Assembly (NCBI GenBank): GCA_965203805.1
Contig: OZ241917.1
Location: 3,808,001 to 3,872,000, forward strand
DNA from: Candidatus Latescibacterota bacterium
Lineage (GTDB): Bacteria > Latescibacterota > UBA2968 > GCA-2709665
DNA: 64,000 nt
Direction: 5' to 3'
Below the pieces are notes generated by a model. The model had not been told where the DNA came from, ran no database searches, and saw nothing but the letters and a program-made list of their open reading frames with translations. The position numbers and the translations under genes were made by a program. Shown here in pieces: positions 29,417-39,172 of this stretch. How positions within the stretch are numbered: position 1 is the first letter of the stretch; every line of letters begins with the position of its first letter.

Positions 29417-30499
29417 GTGCAACGATTTGTGCTTTTTGCCATTTTTATGGCGCTGATGTCATTCGGATCGGCTCAGGCGGATGAACCGACCGCGGACGAC
29501 GGGAAGCCCGCTATTGCAAATCCGAAGGCACTTCAGCTTGGCGTTTTGGATAAACAAAAGAGTACTTTGACGAGTTCTGATATGTTGAACGGGGAGGGGG
29601 CGCCCGTGGGGAAAGGGCTTTCGCTGGGGCATGTTCCCTCCAAGTACGAGATCGTAAACGGCCGTGCGTTGAGCGGGAATCCCGGGGACGCCGTGGGCGG
29701 GGAACGGTCGCGGCCTTTGCTGACATCGGATTTTGGAGAAAGAAGATCCAGCGGTAAACTAACGAGGGGTTTGAACATCACCGGCGGGCGAAACGCCTCT
29801 GCAACCCTCAAGCTCGAGCCGATCGACGAGGTCGACGCGGACAACGGGACGTTGAGAATTCTCGTTTCTCTTGCGCACGCGAAAGAACTGAAAGGGTACG
29901 GATTCTCGGTGCACTACGATCCGGCGAAGTACGCGTTCGTGAACGTCAGGGAAACAGAGGAGAATCTGCTCAAGTCCGATACCGGCCGGCAGACGCTGTT
30001 CGTGTCCGCCAACCACACGCCCGGTCGAGTGGATCTCGGCGCAGTGAAGGTGGATGGTCAGGGCGTAAGCGGTGACGGCAGGCTCGTCGAACTCACGTTC
30101 AAGACGCACCGTGCGGCTGCGGCGGGCGACTTCAGGGTCTCGGAAGGCGTATTGATCGGTCTCGACGGCGCGATCGACCGGGTGACGAATGTCGATTTCG
30201 CCCGTCTGATGCCGCAAGCCGGCGAATACAAGCTGGACCAGAATGTGCCCAATCCGTTCAATCCCTCCACCGTCATCGGGTACCGGATTCCGGAAGCCGG
30301 CCCGGTCCGGCTGGTCATTTACAACCTGCTGGGCCAGGAGGTCCGCGTTCTGGTCGACGGCCATATGGAGGCAGGATCGTTCACGGCCACCTGGGATGGA
30401 AAAGATGAGATGGGCAGGCAAGTGTCCAGCGGCATCTATCTCTACCGGATTCAGGCAGGCGGTTTCCTCGCGTCCAGACGAATGATGTTCCTGAAATAA
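29417..30499 (+). CDS. Secreted cohesin-domain protein with a C-terminal FlgD-Ig/T9SS-like sorting domain
   Basis: Signal peptide (AQA-D); LKGYGFSVHYDP...SGDGRLVELTF; QNVPNPFNPST...IYNLLGQEV...WDGKD...SSGIYLYR. GAAGGAG RBS. Upstream TTGACA-N17-TAGATT at 29261. Confidence 0.83.
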   Translation: MQRFVLFAIFMALMSFGSAQADEPTADDGKPAIANPKALQLGVLDKQKSTLTSSDMLNGEGAPVGKGLSLGHVPSKYEIVNGRALSGNPGDAVGGERSRPLLTSDFGERRSSGKLTRGLNITGGRNASATLKLEPIDEVDADNGTLRILVSLAHAKELKGYGFSVHYDPAKYAFVNVRETEENLLKSDTGRQTLFVSANHTPGRVDLGAVKVDGQGVSGDGRLVELTFKTHRAAAAGDFRVSEGVLIGLDGAIDRVTNVDFARLMPQAGEYKLDQNVPNPFNPSTVIGYRIPEAGPVRLVIYNLLGQEVRVLVDGHMEAGSFTATWDGKDEMGRQVSSGIYLYRIQAGGFLASRRMMFLK

Positions 30500-30528
30500 T
30501 CCAGGCTTGACGTTGCAGCGGGATAGAC

Positions 30529-30557
30529 GGGCCGCCCCGAGTGAGAGGCGGCCCTTT
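30529..30557 (+). terminator. Intrinsic terminator-like hairpin
   Basis: GGGCCGCC-loop-GGCGGCCC-TTT after the stop codon. Confidence 0.6.
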
Positions 30558-30593
30558 CCATTCCAGACGATCATCCAATGGAGGGAAGGAAGC

Positions 30594-31499
30594 ATGCCTC
30601 GTTCCTGCGCAATCGCCCTGGCGGTCCTGGCTGCGCTCGGATTCGTGCCGCCGGTTGTCGCGGAAACCCCGGACTTCTATGCGCACTGGGGGGACGGCAG
30701 AGCGGAGATCTCCAGCTATCGCGTGGCGCAGCCTCGATACGGAGAGAACCGCGAGGGCTACGGCGTCCTCATTTTCGTCACGGAAGACCTGAACCGGAAT
30801 ACCTACATCAAGGTCGAGTCGCCCACGCCGCGGGCAGACCGGGTCTACGTTCTCAAGCTGAACAACATTCTCAAGTTCACCACCGGGATTTACGACTATG
30901 CGGTAATGACTTCCGTCTTCAGCGCCGTCGAGGGGTTCGCGGGTACCAATCCGTTCGAGTTGATGAAGGTAAACCTGAGTTCGCAGGAATGGTGCGGGCA
31001 TATTTTCGATGAAATTCGCGTGGATAACGGCTATCTGCGCGGCGCCCTCAACAGTTATTTTGAGCGCGAAGGCTTACGTACATATAGCCTGGACATGCCC
31101 GAAGGGTTTCAGAGCGAAGACCATCTGCTCATACAAATCCGGGAACTCAAGGGTCCGATAATGCAGGCGGGCGAATCCCGGCCGATCAAGCTTCTACGCA
31201 CGCTGTGGTCGTACCGGACGCGGCACCGCCCCCACGCGCTGGCGGACGCGATATTGAGCAAAGGAACGCCCGAGGCGGTTACTGCCTCGGGAAAGAGCCG
31301 CGATGCCATCCCGTGGCGGGTGGCGGCGGGCGACTGGAGCAAGACAATATGGGTGGAGAAATCCTACCCCCACCGCATCCTGAAATGGGAGGGCGCGTCG
31401 GATGGTTCGGGGGAGTTGATAGTGACGATCCGCGAGCCCTACTGGCGACAGAAGACGGCTAAAGACGAAATCTTCCGGAAGCGACTGGGGATCCCCTGA
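30594..31499 (+). CDS. Secreted conserved hypothetical protein
   Basis: Signal peptide and WGDGRAEISSY...IFVTED...FTTGIYDY...QEWCGH pattern. GGAAGGA RBS before the ATG at 30594. Confidence 0.75.
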   Translation: MPRSCAIALAVLAALGFVPPVVAETPDFYAHWGDGRAEISSYRVAQPRYGENREGYGVLIFVTEDLNRNTYIKVESPTPRADRVYVLKLNNILKFTTGIYDYAVMTSVFSAVEGFAGTNPFELMKVNLSSQEWCGHIFDEIRVDNGYLRGALNSYFEREGLRTYSLDMPEGFQSEDHLLIQIRELKGPIMQAGESRPIKLLRTLWSYRTRHRPHALADAILSKGTPEAVTASGKSRDAIPWRVAAGDWSKTIWVEKSYPHRILKWEGASDGSGELIVTIREPYWRQKTAKDEIFRKRLGIP

Positions 31500-31521
31500 A
31501 CCACAATTTGGAGGTAAGCGA

Positions 31522-32271
31522 ATGACGCCGATCGAACAGGCGCGGGAAGCCATCGAACAGAGCGACATCGAAAGGTTGGAAGGGCTGATCGCGTCCCATC
31601 CGGACCTGCCCAATCTAAGGTCGAAAGACAACGATCGCACGCTGCTGCATACGATCGCGGACTATCCGGGGCACAAGCCGAAGGGCATTGAGATGGCCCG
31701 GCTGGTCATCGACGCGTGCGCCGACGTGAACGCGCGTTTCCAGCACGGGCAGGTTGCAGCAGTGAAAGAGACGCCGCTGCACTGGGCGGCGAGCAACGAC
31801 GACGTCGACCTGGCGGAGCTGCTTCTGGACGCGGGGGCGGATATCGATGCGGACGCCGGCGTTATCGCGAACGGGACGCCGATTTGGAACGCCGTCATTT
31901 TTCGGTGTATAAACGCGGCACGGCTGTTGATCGACCGCGGAGCAGCGTCGAATCTGATGACTGCCGCGGGCGCCGGACGAAGGGACATGGTGGACCGGTT
32001 TTTTGACGAGGATGGAAACGTCACGAAAAACGCCGGGGCCCTGCCCTGCTGGGATGAACCCAGGCCGCCGAAGACGGCGCTGGACAGCGCGTTCGGATTC
32101 GCGTGTCGAAACGGCCACGCGACCATCGCGAAGGTCCTGTACGAACGCGGCGCCGATCCGGGATGGGTGAATCCGGCCGGTGAATCCGCATATCAACAGG
32201 CGAAGACGGGCGGACACAGGATCGTCATGGACTGGATGAAAACCCGCGGCATCGCGCCCGACGACGCATGA
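31522..32271 (+). CDS. Ankyrin-repeat protein
   Basis: RTLLH, ETPLHWAA...LLLDAGADID, GTPIWNAV and ACRNGH...LYERGADP. GGAGG RBS. Confidence 0.88.
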   Translation: MTPIEQAREAIEQSDIERLEGLIASHPDLPNLRSKDNDRTLLHTIADYPGHKPKGIEMARLVIDACADVNARFQHGQVAAVKETPLHWAASNDDVDLAELLLDAGADIDADAGVIANGTPIWNAVIFRCINAARLLIDRGAASNLMTAAGAGRRDMVDRFFDEDGNVTKNAGALPCWDEPRPPKTALDSAFGFACRNGHATIAKVLYERGADPGWVNPAGESAYQQAKTGGHRIVMDWMKTRGIAPDDA

Positions 32272-32516
32272 ATCCGGATACGGGGCAACGTGGAGTCAAC
32301 GTCAAATACGTTCTCTGACCGGATTTGGCGCTGCAACGTTTTAAGTGAATCGGGTAACCGCAAACGGTAGGAAGAATGTGTATCGTGCACGGTTGCCGCC
32401 ATTGCTGGTCGAAGTAGCTGTCTTCGAGCTTCTCGTGTTGACAGATCGACAATGAGAACTATATTTTCAGTGAATTCACCTTAAAGAATGTAGGCTTCTT
32501 TCGGGAGCGAATCGTT

Positions 32517-32741
32517 ATGGCCACCTTGATGAAACGTATCACGGTCAATCCGAAACAATGCGGCGGGCGTCCGTGTATTCGGGGCATGCGGATTCGCGTC
32601 ACCGACGTGTTGGATCTGCTCGCTCATGATCTTACCCGTGAACAGATTCTGGCTGAGCATCCGGACCTTGAACTCGAGGACATTCGCGCTTGTCTGCGAT
32701 TTGCGAGCGATCGGCTTAATCACCCGGTTCTCGCGGCATGA
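32517..32741 (+). CDS. DUF433-family antitoxin
   Basis: RITVNPKQCGGRPCIRGMRIRV...EQILAEHPDLELEDIRACL. Confidence 0.93.
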   Translation: MATLMKRITVNPKQCGGRPCIRGMRIRVTDVLDLLAHDLTREQILAEHPDLELEDIRACLRFASDRLNHPVLAA

Positions 32742-33079
32742 CGCTTTGGCTCGATGCACATATCTCACCTCATCTTGCAGCCTGGATTCGGGATACCGTT
32801 GGCTCTGTTGTTGTTCATGTACGAGACCTGGGCCTGAATGAAGCAGAGGATTCCCTGATATTTTCCAGTGCGCGGGAAGCGGACGCGATAGTAATTACCA
32901 AGGACCGGGATTTTGTCGAACTATTGAGTCGATTGGGCCCGCCCCCGAAGGTAATCTGGTGTACGTGTGGGAATACTTCGAATGATCGATTGATGACTAT
33001 CTTGTCAAAAACGCTGCCAGATGCCCTAAAGTTGCTGAATCAAGGAGAAGGGTTGGTCGAAATAAGCGACATAGTTTGA
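32738..33079 (+). CDS. DUF5615 PIN-like toxin (VapC45-like)
   Basis: LWLDAHIS, HVRDLGL..AEDSLIF, ITKDRDF and GPPPKVIW...GNTSN. ATGA overlap with the DUF433 gene. Confidence 0.9.
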   Translation: MTLWLDAHISPHLAAWIRDTVGSVVVHVRDLGLNEAEDSLIFSSAREADAIVITKDRDFVELLSRLGPPPKVIWCTCGNTSNDRLMTILSKTLPDALKLLNQGEGLVEISDIV

Positions 33080-33181
33080 CTTTTTTCACCAGACCATTCC
33101 GACAAGGCGCTAGACGTGAATCCGGAGATACCTTCTCTCGTCTTTATAGGCGGCGAATCCCGGGGCGGATGCGCCGAAACA

Positions 33182-33207
33182 AGGGCAACCACAAGGGTTG
33201 CCCCTAC
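33182..33207 (-). repeat. GTAG-type REP palindrome
   Basis: Minus strand GTAGGGGCAACCCTTGTGGTTGCCCT; sister copy at 54586-54612. Confidence 0.7.
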
Positions 33208-33331
33208 ATATCACAGTGACGTGGACGGTATTTGATAGATGGGAAATGCGATTGATGAATTGCGGTCCGGGCCTATGGGATCATCTCTCTTGATTTGTTC
33301 CTTGTGCCTTTGCGTCTTTGTGTGAGGCTGC

Positions 33332-34372
33332 CTATGTCTTCTCCACTAAGGCGCAGGGAGATTGTGTTTCCGTGAACCGCTGGAGCACCTGATCCGGTGA
33401 CGCGGCGCCGGTTGTGCCGATCTGCTGGATCGTAATGGAAGACACCAGCACGCCGACCCGCGCGGCATCGACGTACGACGCGCCTGCACATAACGCGGAG
33501 ACAATCCCGGCGGAGACGCTGTCTCCCGCGCCCACGATGTCGATGGGACCGGGCACCGGGATGCCTGGAATGCGGTGAATCGCGTTCCCATCGACAGAGA
33601 GGATACCGTCCGGACCAAGCGTGACGTATACGGGTCGTCCGGTACGCGCGGAAAGGGACCGGATTGCGGCGTCCAGGCGCCCCGCACCTTTCGCGCCGGA
33701 ATCGCCGGATGACGCCGTGAGCGCCTCCTCGCGGTTGACCTTGACGATCACCTTCTTGAACCGGCCGATTCGCGAACGGGAATCCGCGAGGAAAACGACA
33801 TCGGGGCGCGCGCCAGCAAGGCGTGCGATTCCCTCGCGAACGCGATCCGTAATCACGCCGCAATTGCGTTCCCGGACCTGGTCGAGTACAATGACGCCGT
33901 GGACCTCGCCAAGCAGATTCTCAAGGGCGGTGAGGATGCGGTCTTCCAAGCCTTGTGGAAGGGGCGAGCGATTCTTGATATCGAGTCGCTCCATCTCCTG
34001 TCCGGTCGAACTGAGAACCGGTTTGGTGTAGGTTGGCGTGACCCGCCCCGGGATTTCCATCAGTTGCCGCGTATCCACGCCCGTCGCCCGCAGGCCCGCC
34101 TTCAGATCGTACCCCTGCCCGTCATCGCCGATCACCCCGAGCGCCCGGATCCGACCCACGCCAAGGCCGTTGAGATTACTGGTGACGGTCCCCGCCGCGC
34201 CGGGCCGGTTTCGGATCTGTACGACCTGCCGGGCTTCGAGCCCGGTTTCCAGTGAGACTTCAGCGAGGTCCGGATCCACGATGAGATAGCGATCCAGGAA
34301 AAAGTCACCGATAACCAGAATGGCCAGATCGGAAAACCTGTTCAGCAACTCTTGCAGATCGGAATGGGTCAT
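33332..34372 (-). CDS. PfkB-family carbohydrate kinase (RfaE/HldE kinase-like)
   Basis: VIGDFFLDRY, PGAAG, VTLGPDG and DIVGAGDS. Confidence 0.88.
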   Translation of the reverse strand: MTHSDLQELLNRFSDLAILVIGDFFLDRYLIVDPDLAEVSLETGLEARQVVQIRNRPGAAGTVTSNLNGLGVGRIRALGVIGDDGQGYDLKAGLRATGVDTRQLMEIPGRVTPTYTKPVLSSTGQEMERLDIKNRSPLPQGLEDRILTALENLLGEVHGVIVLDQVRERNCGVITDRVREGIARLAGARPDVVFLADSRSRIGRFKKVIVKVNREEALTASSGDSGAKGAGRLDAAIRSLSARTGRPVYVTLGPDGILSVDGNAIHRIPGIPVPGPIDIVGAGDSVSAGIVSALCAGASYVDAARVGVLVSSITIQQIGTTGAASPDQVLQRFTETQSPCALVEKT

Positions 34373-34384
34373 AACGACAACGGG

Positions 34385-35281
34385 TTATCCCGCAAGCGTT
34401 CCGGCGGATGGATCCTGCGGATCGAGAAGATAGTCGACGAGGTTCTCCTGGCTCCGAAAATCCGGGACGATCAGATCCGCCCCCGCCTGGATCAGACGTT
34501 CGCGTTTCCAGGCATTCACACCCCGACGTCGGGCCTCGTCCGACGCGACCCCCACGGCCGTTCCACCCGCTGACTTGACATTTTCGATCTCCACGTATCC
34601 GTCGCCGAAGCCCAGCAACTCCCTGCCCCGAATCCCCTCAGTGGCAATCAGATCCCGGATCACTCTTTCTTTGGAAAAATCCTGATATTGATCCCGTGCG
34701 CCGTAGATGCGGTTCTCAAAGAAGGGCGTCAGGCCCAAAAGGGCTGCCTCTTCTTTCACGTAGATTTCGTCGGTCCCGCTTGCCAGGTACAGCGTAAGTC
34801 CCCGGCGTTGCAGGTTGCGAAGAAGATCCAGCGACTTCGGCACCATCAGATCTTCCGCGGGAACCGCGCCGGAACGAAGACGCTGAATGCGGTCCCTTAT
34901 GTGACGATTGAGCCGTTCGTTATAACGGTGTTTGCAGGCGACCGGATCCAGAGGCGCGCCTTCTCGTTTCCGCGCTTCCTCGGCAAGCTGGATCATCTGG
35001 TAGATGGTCTGTTTTCCCGTCAGCCGGTCCACGAAATCCGCGACGACAGACGTCAGTTCGGCTTCGGATTCACCCGAGTTGCATTCGGCAAGGGTTTCGA
35101 CCATCATCGGTACCATGATTTCCCGCCAACCCTGGCGTATCAGCGACAACGTTCCATCGAAATCAAAGAGCACGGAGCGATAGCCGCCCCGCGCAACCCG
35201 CGGGTCGACCAGTTCGATGTCGGACGTCGTCAACGAAACGGAACCCTTCCGTGAAGTCACCACGTACTCCGTTTTTTTCAT
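34385..35281 (-). CDS. HAD-family hydrolase
   Basis: FDFDGTLS, LASGT and FGDGYVE. The true start may be slightly downstream of 35281. Confidence 0.87.
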   Translation of the reverse strand: MKKTEYVVTSRKGSVSLTTSDIELVDPRVARGGYRSVLFDFDGTLSLIRQGWREIMVPMMVETLAECNSGESEAELTSVVADFVDRLTGKQTIYQMIQLAEEARKREGAPLDPVACKHRYNERLNRHIRDRIQRLRSGAVPAEDLMVPKSLDLLRNLQRRGLTLYLASGTDEIYVKEEAALLGLTPFFENRIYGARDQYQDFSKERVIRDLIATEGIRGRELLGFGDGYVEIENVKSAGGTAVGVASDEARRRGVNAWKRERLIQAGADLIVPDFRSQENLVDYLLDPQDPSAGTLAG

Positions 35282-35486
35282 GAGCGAACCGGATCTGCAA
35301 AACGGCGTTGTGCCGGAAGGCGCAATCTAATTGCGCATCCGCAATTGTCAAGGTGTTTAACCCGTCCGAGCCTTCGATTTTGAGATCAAATCTGCTTGTA
35401 AAATTTCAATTGTACATTATCTTAATATCGGTACCTGTTTGGTCATCGAGAGTGAAGGAGGCTGAGGGGCGTTTCAGGGGCTGGCT

Positions 35487-36155
35487 ATGGATCGGCAGGT
35501 TGTGCAGCGTTCATCCACCCGTACGGGTGAATTACAGCTTGCGTCCATTAAAGCCGGCCAGGATACCCATTTCGAACTCATCGTCAACGGTGTCTTCCTG
35601 ATGGCCACCTACAATGCGTCGTCCAATCGCGCATTGATGGAAGCTGTCATGGAAACATCGAAGTCGGGCGGGCACATCGACCTCCTGATCGGTGGTTTGG
35701 GATTGGGAATCTCCCTTCGCCAGGCGCTCGCCTATTCGAATGTGCATTCCGTGTGTGTGGTGGAGCTCGAATCCCGGATTGTCAACTGGAACCGCGAGTA
35801 CCTGGATAATGCCGATGTTCTGAACGATGCGCGTACGGAAGTGGTCGTTGGCGATTTTTACGACTTTATCAAGGGAAATCCCCGAAGCTATCACGGCATT
35901 GCACTGGATATCGACAACGGTCCCGACTCGGTCGTACGTTCGGAAAACCGGCGCGCATACAGCGTTTCGGCGCTGCAGACCCTGAGAACACGGTTGCGAC
36001 CGGGGGGAACACTGGCGATCTGGAGCCATGCCGTCAACAGTTCTTACGAACGCGCGCTGGACCGTGTTTTCGGCGGGGTGACAAGAAAGCAAACGTGCGA
36101 CCATAACCTGACCGGTAAACCGCTCGAGAGCATCATCTACGCGGTTCGGGCCTGA
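35487..36155 (+). CDS. Spermidine-synthase-like SAM-dependent methyltransferase
   Basis: LIGGLGLG, VVELE, LDIDNGP and LRPGGTLAIWS. Confidence 0.85.
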   Translation: MDRQVVQRSSTRTGELQLASIKAGQDTHFELIVNGVFLMATYNASSNRALMEAVMETSKSGGHIDLLIGGLGLGISLRQALAYSNVHSVCVVELESRIVNWNREYLDNADVLNDARTEVVVGDFYDFIKGNPRSYHGIALDIDNGPDSVVRSENRRAYSVSALQTLRTRLRPGGTLAIWSHAVNSSYERALDRVFGGVTRKQTCDHNLTGKPLESIIYAVRA

Positions 36156-36191
36156 CCGGCAGGGGTAGACCACTGGAAAGGAATTTTGTGG

Positions 36192-37496
36192 ATGAACAAA
36201 GACTCACTCACCATTACGGATAATCGCACCGGAAAAACCTACGACGTTCCCATTCTATATGGCACGTACCCCGAATACGGCGCTGCCATTCGTACCGCTG
36301 ACTTGAAGCAGATAAAGGTCTCGGAGGACGATTTCGGGCTTCTCGGGTACGATCCTTCGTATCTGAATACCGGCTCCTGCCAGAGCTCCGTGACATTCAT
36401 CGACGGCGAGAAGGGCATTCTCAGATACCGCGGATATCCAATCGAGCAACTCGCCGAGCGCAGCACCTACCTGGAAACGTCGTATCTGCTGTTGTACGGC
36501 GAACTTCCTGGACGGGCGCAACTGGATGCCTGGAGCGCGTCGGTGATGGAATACGTGAGATCGGAGCCGAAGTTGACTGAATTGGTGAGCGGGTATCGGG
36601 AAGGTTCTCACGCGATGGGTATGATGGTGGGTGTGCTGGGGTCTTTATCCACGTTCTACGACAATTCAAGAGATATCGGCTCGGAAGAGGCGCAGGAACA
36701 GCATGTCCGCCGTCTGATGGGCATGGCGCCCGTGGCCGCGGCAGCCGTGTACCGTCAAAGCCAGGGCCTGGCTCCTGTGGATCCCGACCCGTCATTGGGG
36801 TTCTGCGCCAATTATCTGAAGATGCTGTTTGACGGAACGAGCGCATACAGATCCGATCCAGCCCTTGAACGGGCGCTGGACGTCCTTCTGATATTACACG
36901 CCGATCACGAACAAAACTGCAGTGCCAGCACCATGCGCGGGGTCGGGAGCAGCGGAGCAGACCCGTATTCGGCCGCGGCGGGAGCCGCCGCCGCGCTGTA
37001 CGGCCCGGCACACGGGGGTGCGAACGAAGCCGTTCTAAAGATGTTGAACGAGATCGGATCCGTGGACAATATCCCCGCGTACATCAAGCGGGTGTATAAC
37101 CGCGAAGTCCTCCTGCAGGGCTTCGGGCACCGGGTATACAAGAATTACGATCCCAGGGCCGCGATCATCAAGAAGACTGCCGAGGAGGTATTCGAAGTCA
37201 CCGGAAGGAATCCGCTGATCGATATCGCTGTGGAACTGGAGCGCATTGCGCTTGAGGAAGAGTTTTTCGTATCTCGCAGCCTGTATCCGAACGTGGACTT
37301 CTATTCGGGTATCATCTACCAGGCGATGGGCCTGCCAACGGACATGATGACGGTGATGTTCGCGGTGGGCCGGATGCCGGGGTGGCTCGCGCAGTGGAAG
37401 GAACTGCTGAACGACAAGGAACAGCGTATCGCACGTCCGCGGCAGATTTACACGGGAGAAGATATCAGGGACTATACGTCGATGGGCGAGCGGTAG
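36192..37496 (+). CDS. gltA: Citrate synthase
   Basis: IDGEKGILRYRGY, LHADHEQNCS, HGGANE, GFGHRVYKNYDPRA and YPNVDFYSG. Confidence 0.97.
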   Translation: MNKDSLTITDNRTGKTYDVPILYGTYPEYGAAIRTADLKQIKVSEDDFGLLGYDPSYLNTGSCQSSVTFIDGEKGILRYRGYPIEQLAERSTYLETSYLLLYGELPGRAQLDAWSASVMEYVRSEPKLTELVSGYREGSHAMGMMVGVLGSLSTFYDNSRDIGSEEAQEQHVRRLMGMAPVAAAAVYRQSQGLAPVDPDPSLGFCANYLKMLFDGTSAYRSDPALERALDVLLILHADHEQNCSASTMRGVGSSGADPYSAAAGAAAALYGPAHGGANEAVLKMLNEIGSVDNIPAYIKRVYNREVLLQGFGHRVYKNYDPRAAIIKKTAEEVFEVTGRNPLIDIAVELERIALEEEFFVSRSLYPNVDFYSGIIYQAMGLPTDMMTVMFAVGRMPGWLAQWKELLNDKEQRIARPRQIYTGEDIRDYTSMGER

Positions 37497-37524
37497 GAAA
37501 CGGATCTGTCACGACAATGGAAAA

Positions 37525-37559
37525 ACAGGGCGCAAAAGCCGCCGGCTTTTGCGCCCTGT
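37525..37559. terminator. 16-bp stem hairpin after gltA
   Basis: ACAGGGCGCAAAAGCC-GCC-GGCTTTTGCGCCCTGT. Confidence 0.7.
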
Positions 37560-37617
37560 CCTATGGGCTCTTCAGCACGGCAACGCGCGGAAGGGCCTCT
37601 TTATTTCCTTCCTATCG

Positions 37618-37908
37618 TTAATTCAATGGATGGGTATCCATGTACTCGCGCACGGCATTCTTGATCACTGTTTAAAACCCTCCACCGTGTTTCGTGCAGT
37701 ATTCAAAGGTTTCCCGGTCTATCGGAATCTGCGCCAGTATTTCGGTCTTTTCCCAATCTTCAGCGCTCATGAAAGGTGGCGCGTCCGGGTCGGAACGTGC
37801 AGCTGCGTTCAATTCCTCTTCCGTCAACACAGCGACCCGATTCCAGTCTGTCTTTGAGTCTTCCGGCAGGTCATCACGGGAATATCTCACGATATTTTCT
37901 TCGCTCAT
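37618..37908 (-). pseudogene. BrnA-like antitoxin interrupted by an in-frame TAA
   Basis: MSEENIVRY...TDWNRV...SDPDAPP...HGGGF*TVIKNAVREYMDTHPLN*. The stop at 37672-37674 sits where the BrnA GYQT motif has Gln. Confidence 0.75.
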
Positions 37909-38146
37909 TTCGATTGGCTCTCCGTGCGGAAATGATTCAAAGGCTTCTGTTTCGAATGGCGTATACAACGAAGAGTTCAGTATCTTCAACCCTGCCAACA
38001 GAAATGTACCGAATTTCTCCGTAATATTTCCGGTTATCGATAATCGTGAAAACGGGTCCATCAAAAACGCGCGCCGCGGACAAGAAGCTCACGCCGTGTT
38101 TCTGAATATTCAGCTCATGCTTGCGTTCGTCCCATTCGAATTCCAT
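37874..38146 (-). pseudogene. BrnT toxin interrupted by an in-frame TGA
   Basis: MEFEWDERK...KHGVSF...YGEIRY...RNRSL*IISARRANRNERRKY. The stop at 37937-37939 replaces the R of the conserved RIISAR motif. Confidence 0.85.
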
Positions 38147-38203
38147 AGCAGTCCGTTGAAGTCAAAGATATGGAATTGGCCTTGTGACGTCAAGGTCGGT
38201 GGA

Positions 38204-38971
38204 TCACTCGCCATAGAGTTTTAGCGGGGAAAGCGTAATGAGGGAGGGGTCGTTATCGAGGACGCGGGAGACAAATTCGATCGTGGGCGCGACGCGGAAG
38301 GCCTGCCAGCCCGAGGGACCGACCGAGGTCCGGGTGACGAGACCGGCGGCTCTGACCCGATCGCCCATAACGCTGAAGTCGAATCCGGGCCACATGCGCG
38401 GCTCATCGGCCATTTTGTATTTGCGCTCGACCCAGAGCGCCTGATTGTAGTGGAAGATTGAGCAAACGTTGAAGCCGACACCCATCAGCAGGTAAAGCGC
38501 GTTGCGATCCACCAACCAGTCCCACGGCGAGCCATGACCGAACGCTTTCTCGTCCCATGGGCTCAGGCGAGGCCCGGCGGACCCGTGGCCGCCCATGGCA
38601 TCTCCGGCGTCGGCGCCGATGGCGGCCAGGGAGTCGCAGCAGTGATCGCTACGCACGGCTTCAGGGCGCCGTCGGAAGACTTCGGTAATGTGTCCGACGT
38701 CGGACGGGGATGTACGAATGTCCCAGGCTTCGCGGCGCGTCCGGTACGTGGCGGATTCGCCGTTGACCTTTTGCACGAACGTCGGAACAATCACGGTACC
38801 CGACTCGCCAACGGCTTCGATGGCGCCGTCGATCACGGTATTGGCGCCGCCCTGCACGTAGCCGAAGCTCTTGAGGGAACTGTGAAACAGAAGCGCGTCG
38901 CCCCTTCGAATGCCAAGTGAGGCGAAGCCTTTCAGTAAATCTTCCTTGTGGACCGTCTTCCGGCTTGCCAT
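38204..38971 (-). CDS. AAC(3)/YokD-family N-acetyltransferase
   Basis: FHSSLKSFGYVQGG, GTVIVPTF, GHITEVFR and FGHGSPW...LMGVGF...FHY. Confidence 0.88.
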   Translation of the reverse strand: MASRKTVHKEDLLKGFASLGIRRGDALLFHSSLKSFGYVQGGANTVIDGAIEAVGESGTVIVPTFVQKVNGESATYRTRREAWDIRTSPSDVGHITEVFRRRPEAVRSDHCCDSLAAIGADAGDAMGGHGSAGPRLSPWDEKAFGHGSPWDWLVDRNALYLLMGVGFNVCSIFHYNQALWVERKYKMADEPRMWPGFDFSVMGDRVRAAGLVTRTSVGPSGWQAFRVAPTIEFVSRVLDNDPSLITLSPLKLYGE

Positions 38972-39172
38972 TAGCGATGTGTGGATTCCGATCTGCGATT
39001 CAGACCGCCGTAAAGCACCGAGGGCGAAATGAACCGGTATTGTTCAGTCCAACGGCGAGGATGCAGCGTCATCTGTCTCTTTCACCGGTGGAAGATAACT
39101 GAAATTTCCCGCCAACCCCGTCTTCAACGAGAATTTCCAGAGACAGAATCTCAACCCTGATCGGGTCTGCAA

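Noticed and set aside
37937-37939. TGA in BrnT as selenocysteine or an alternative genetic code
   Set aside because: The position is a conserved Arg, the neighbouring gene has a TAA lesion, and TGA is used as a normal stop throughout the window.
38204-38971. AAC(3)-family gene as a true aminoglycoside resistance determinant
   Set aside because: Only family-level motifs are visible; YokD-like homologues are widespread and substrate cannot be inferred.
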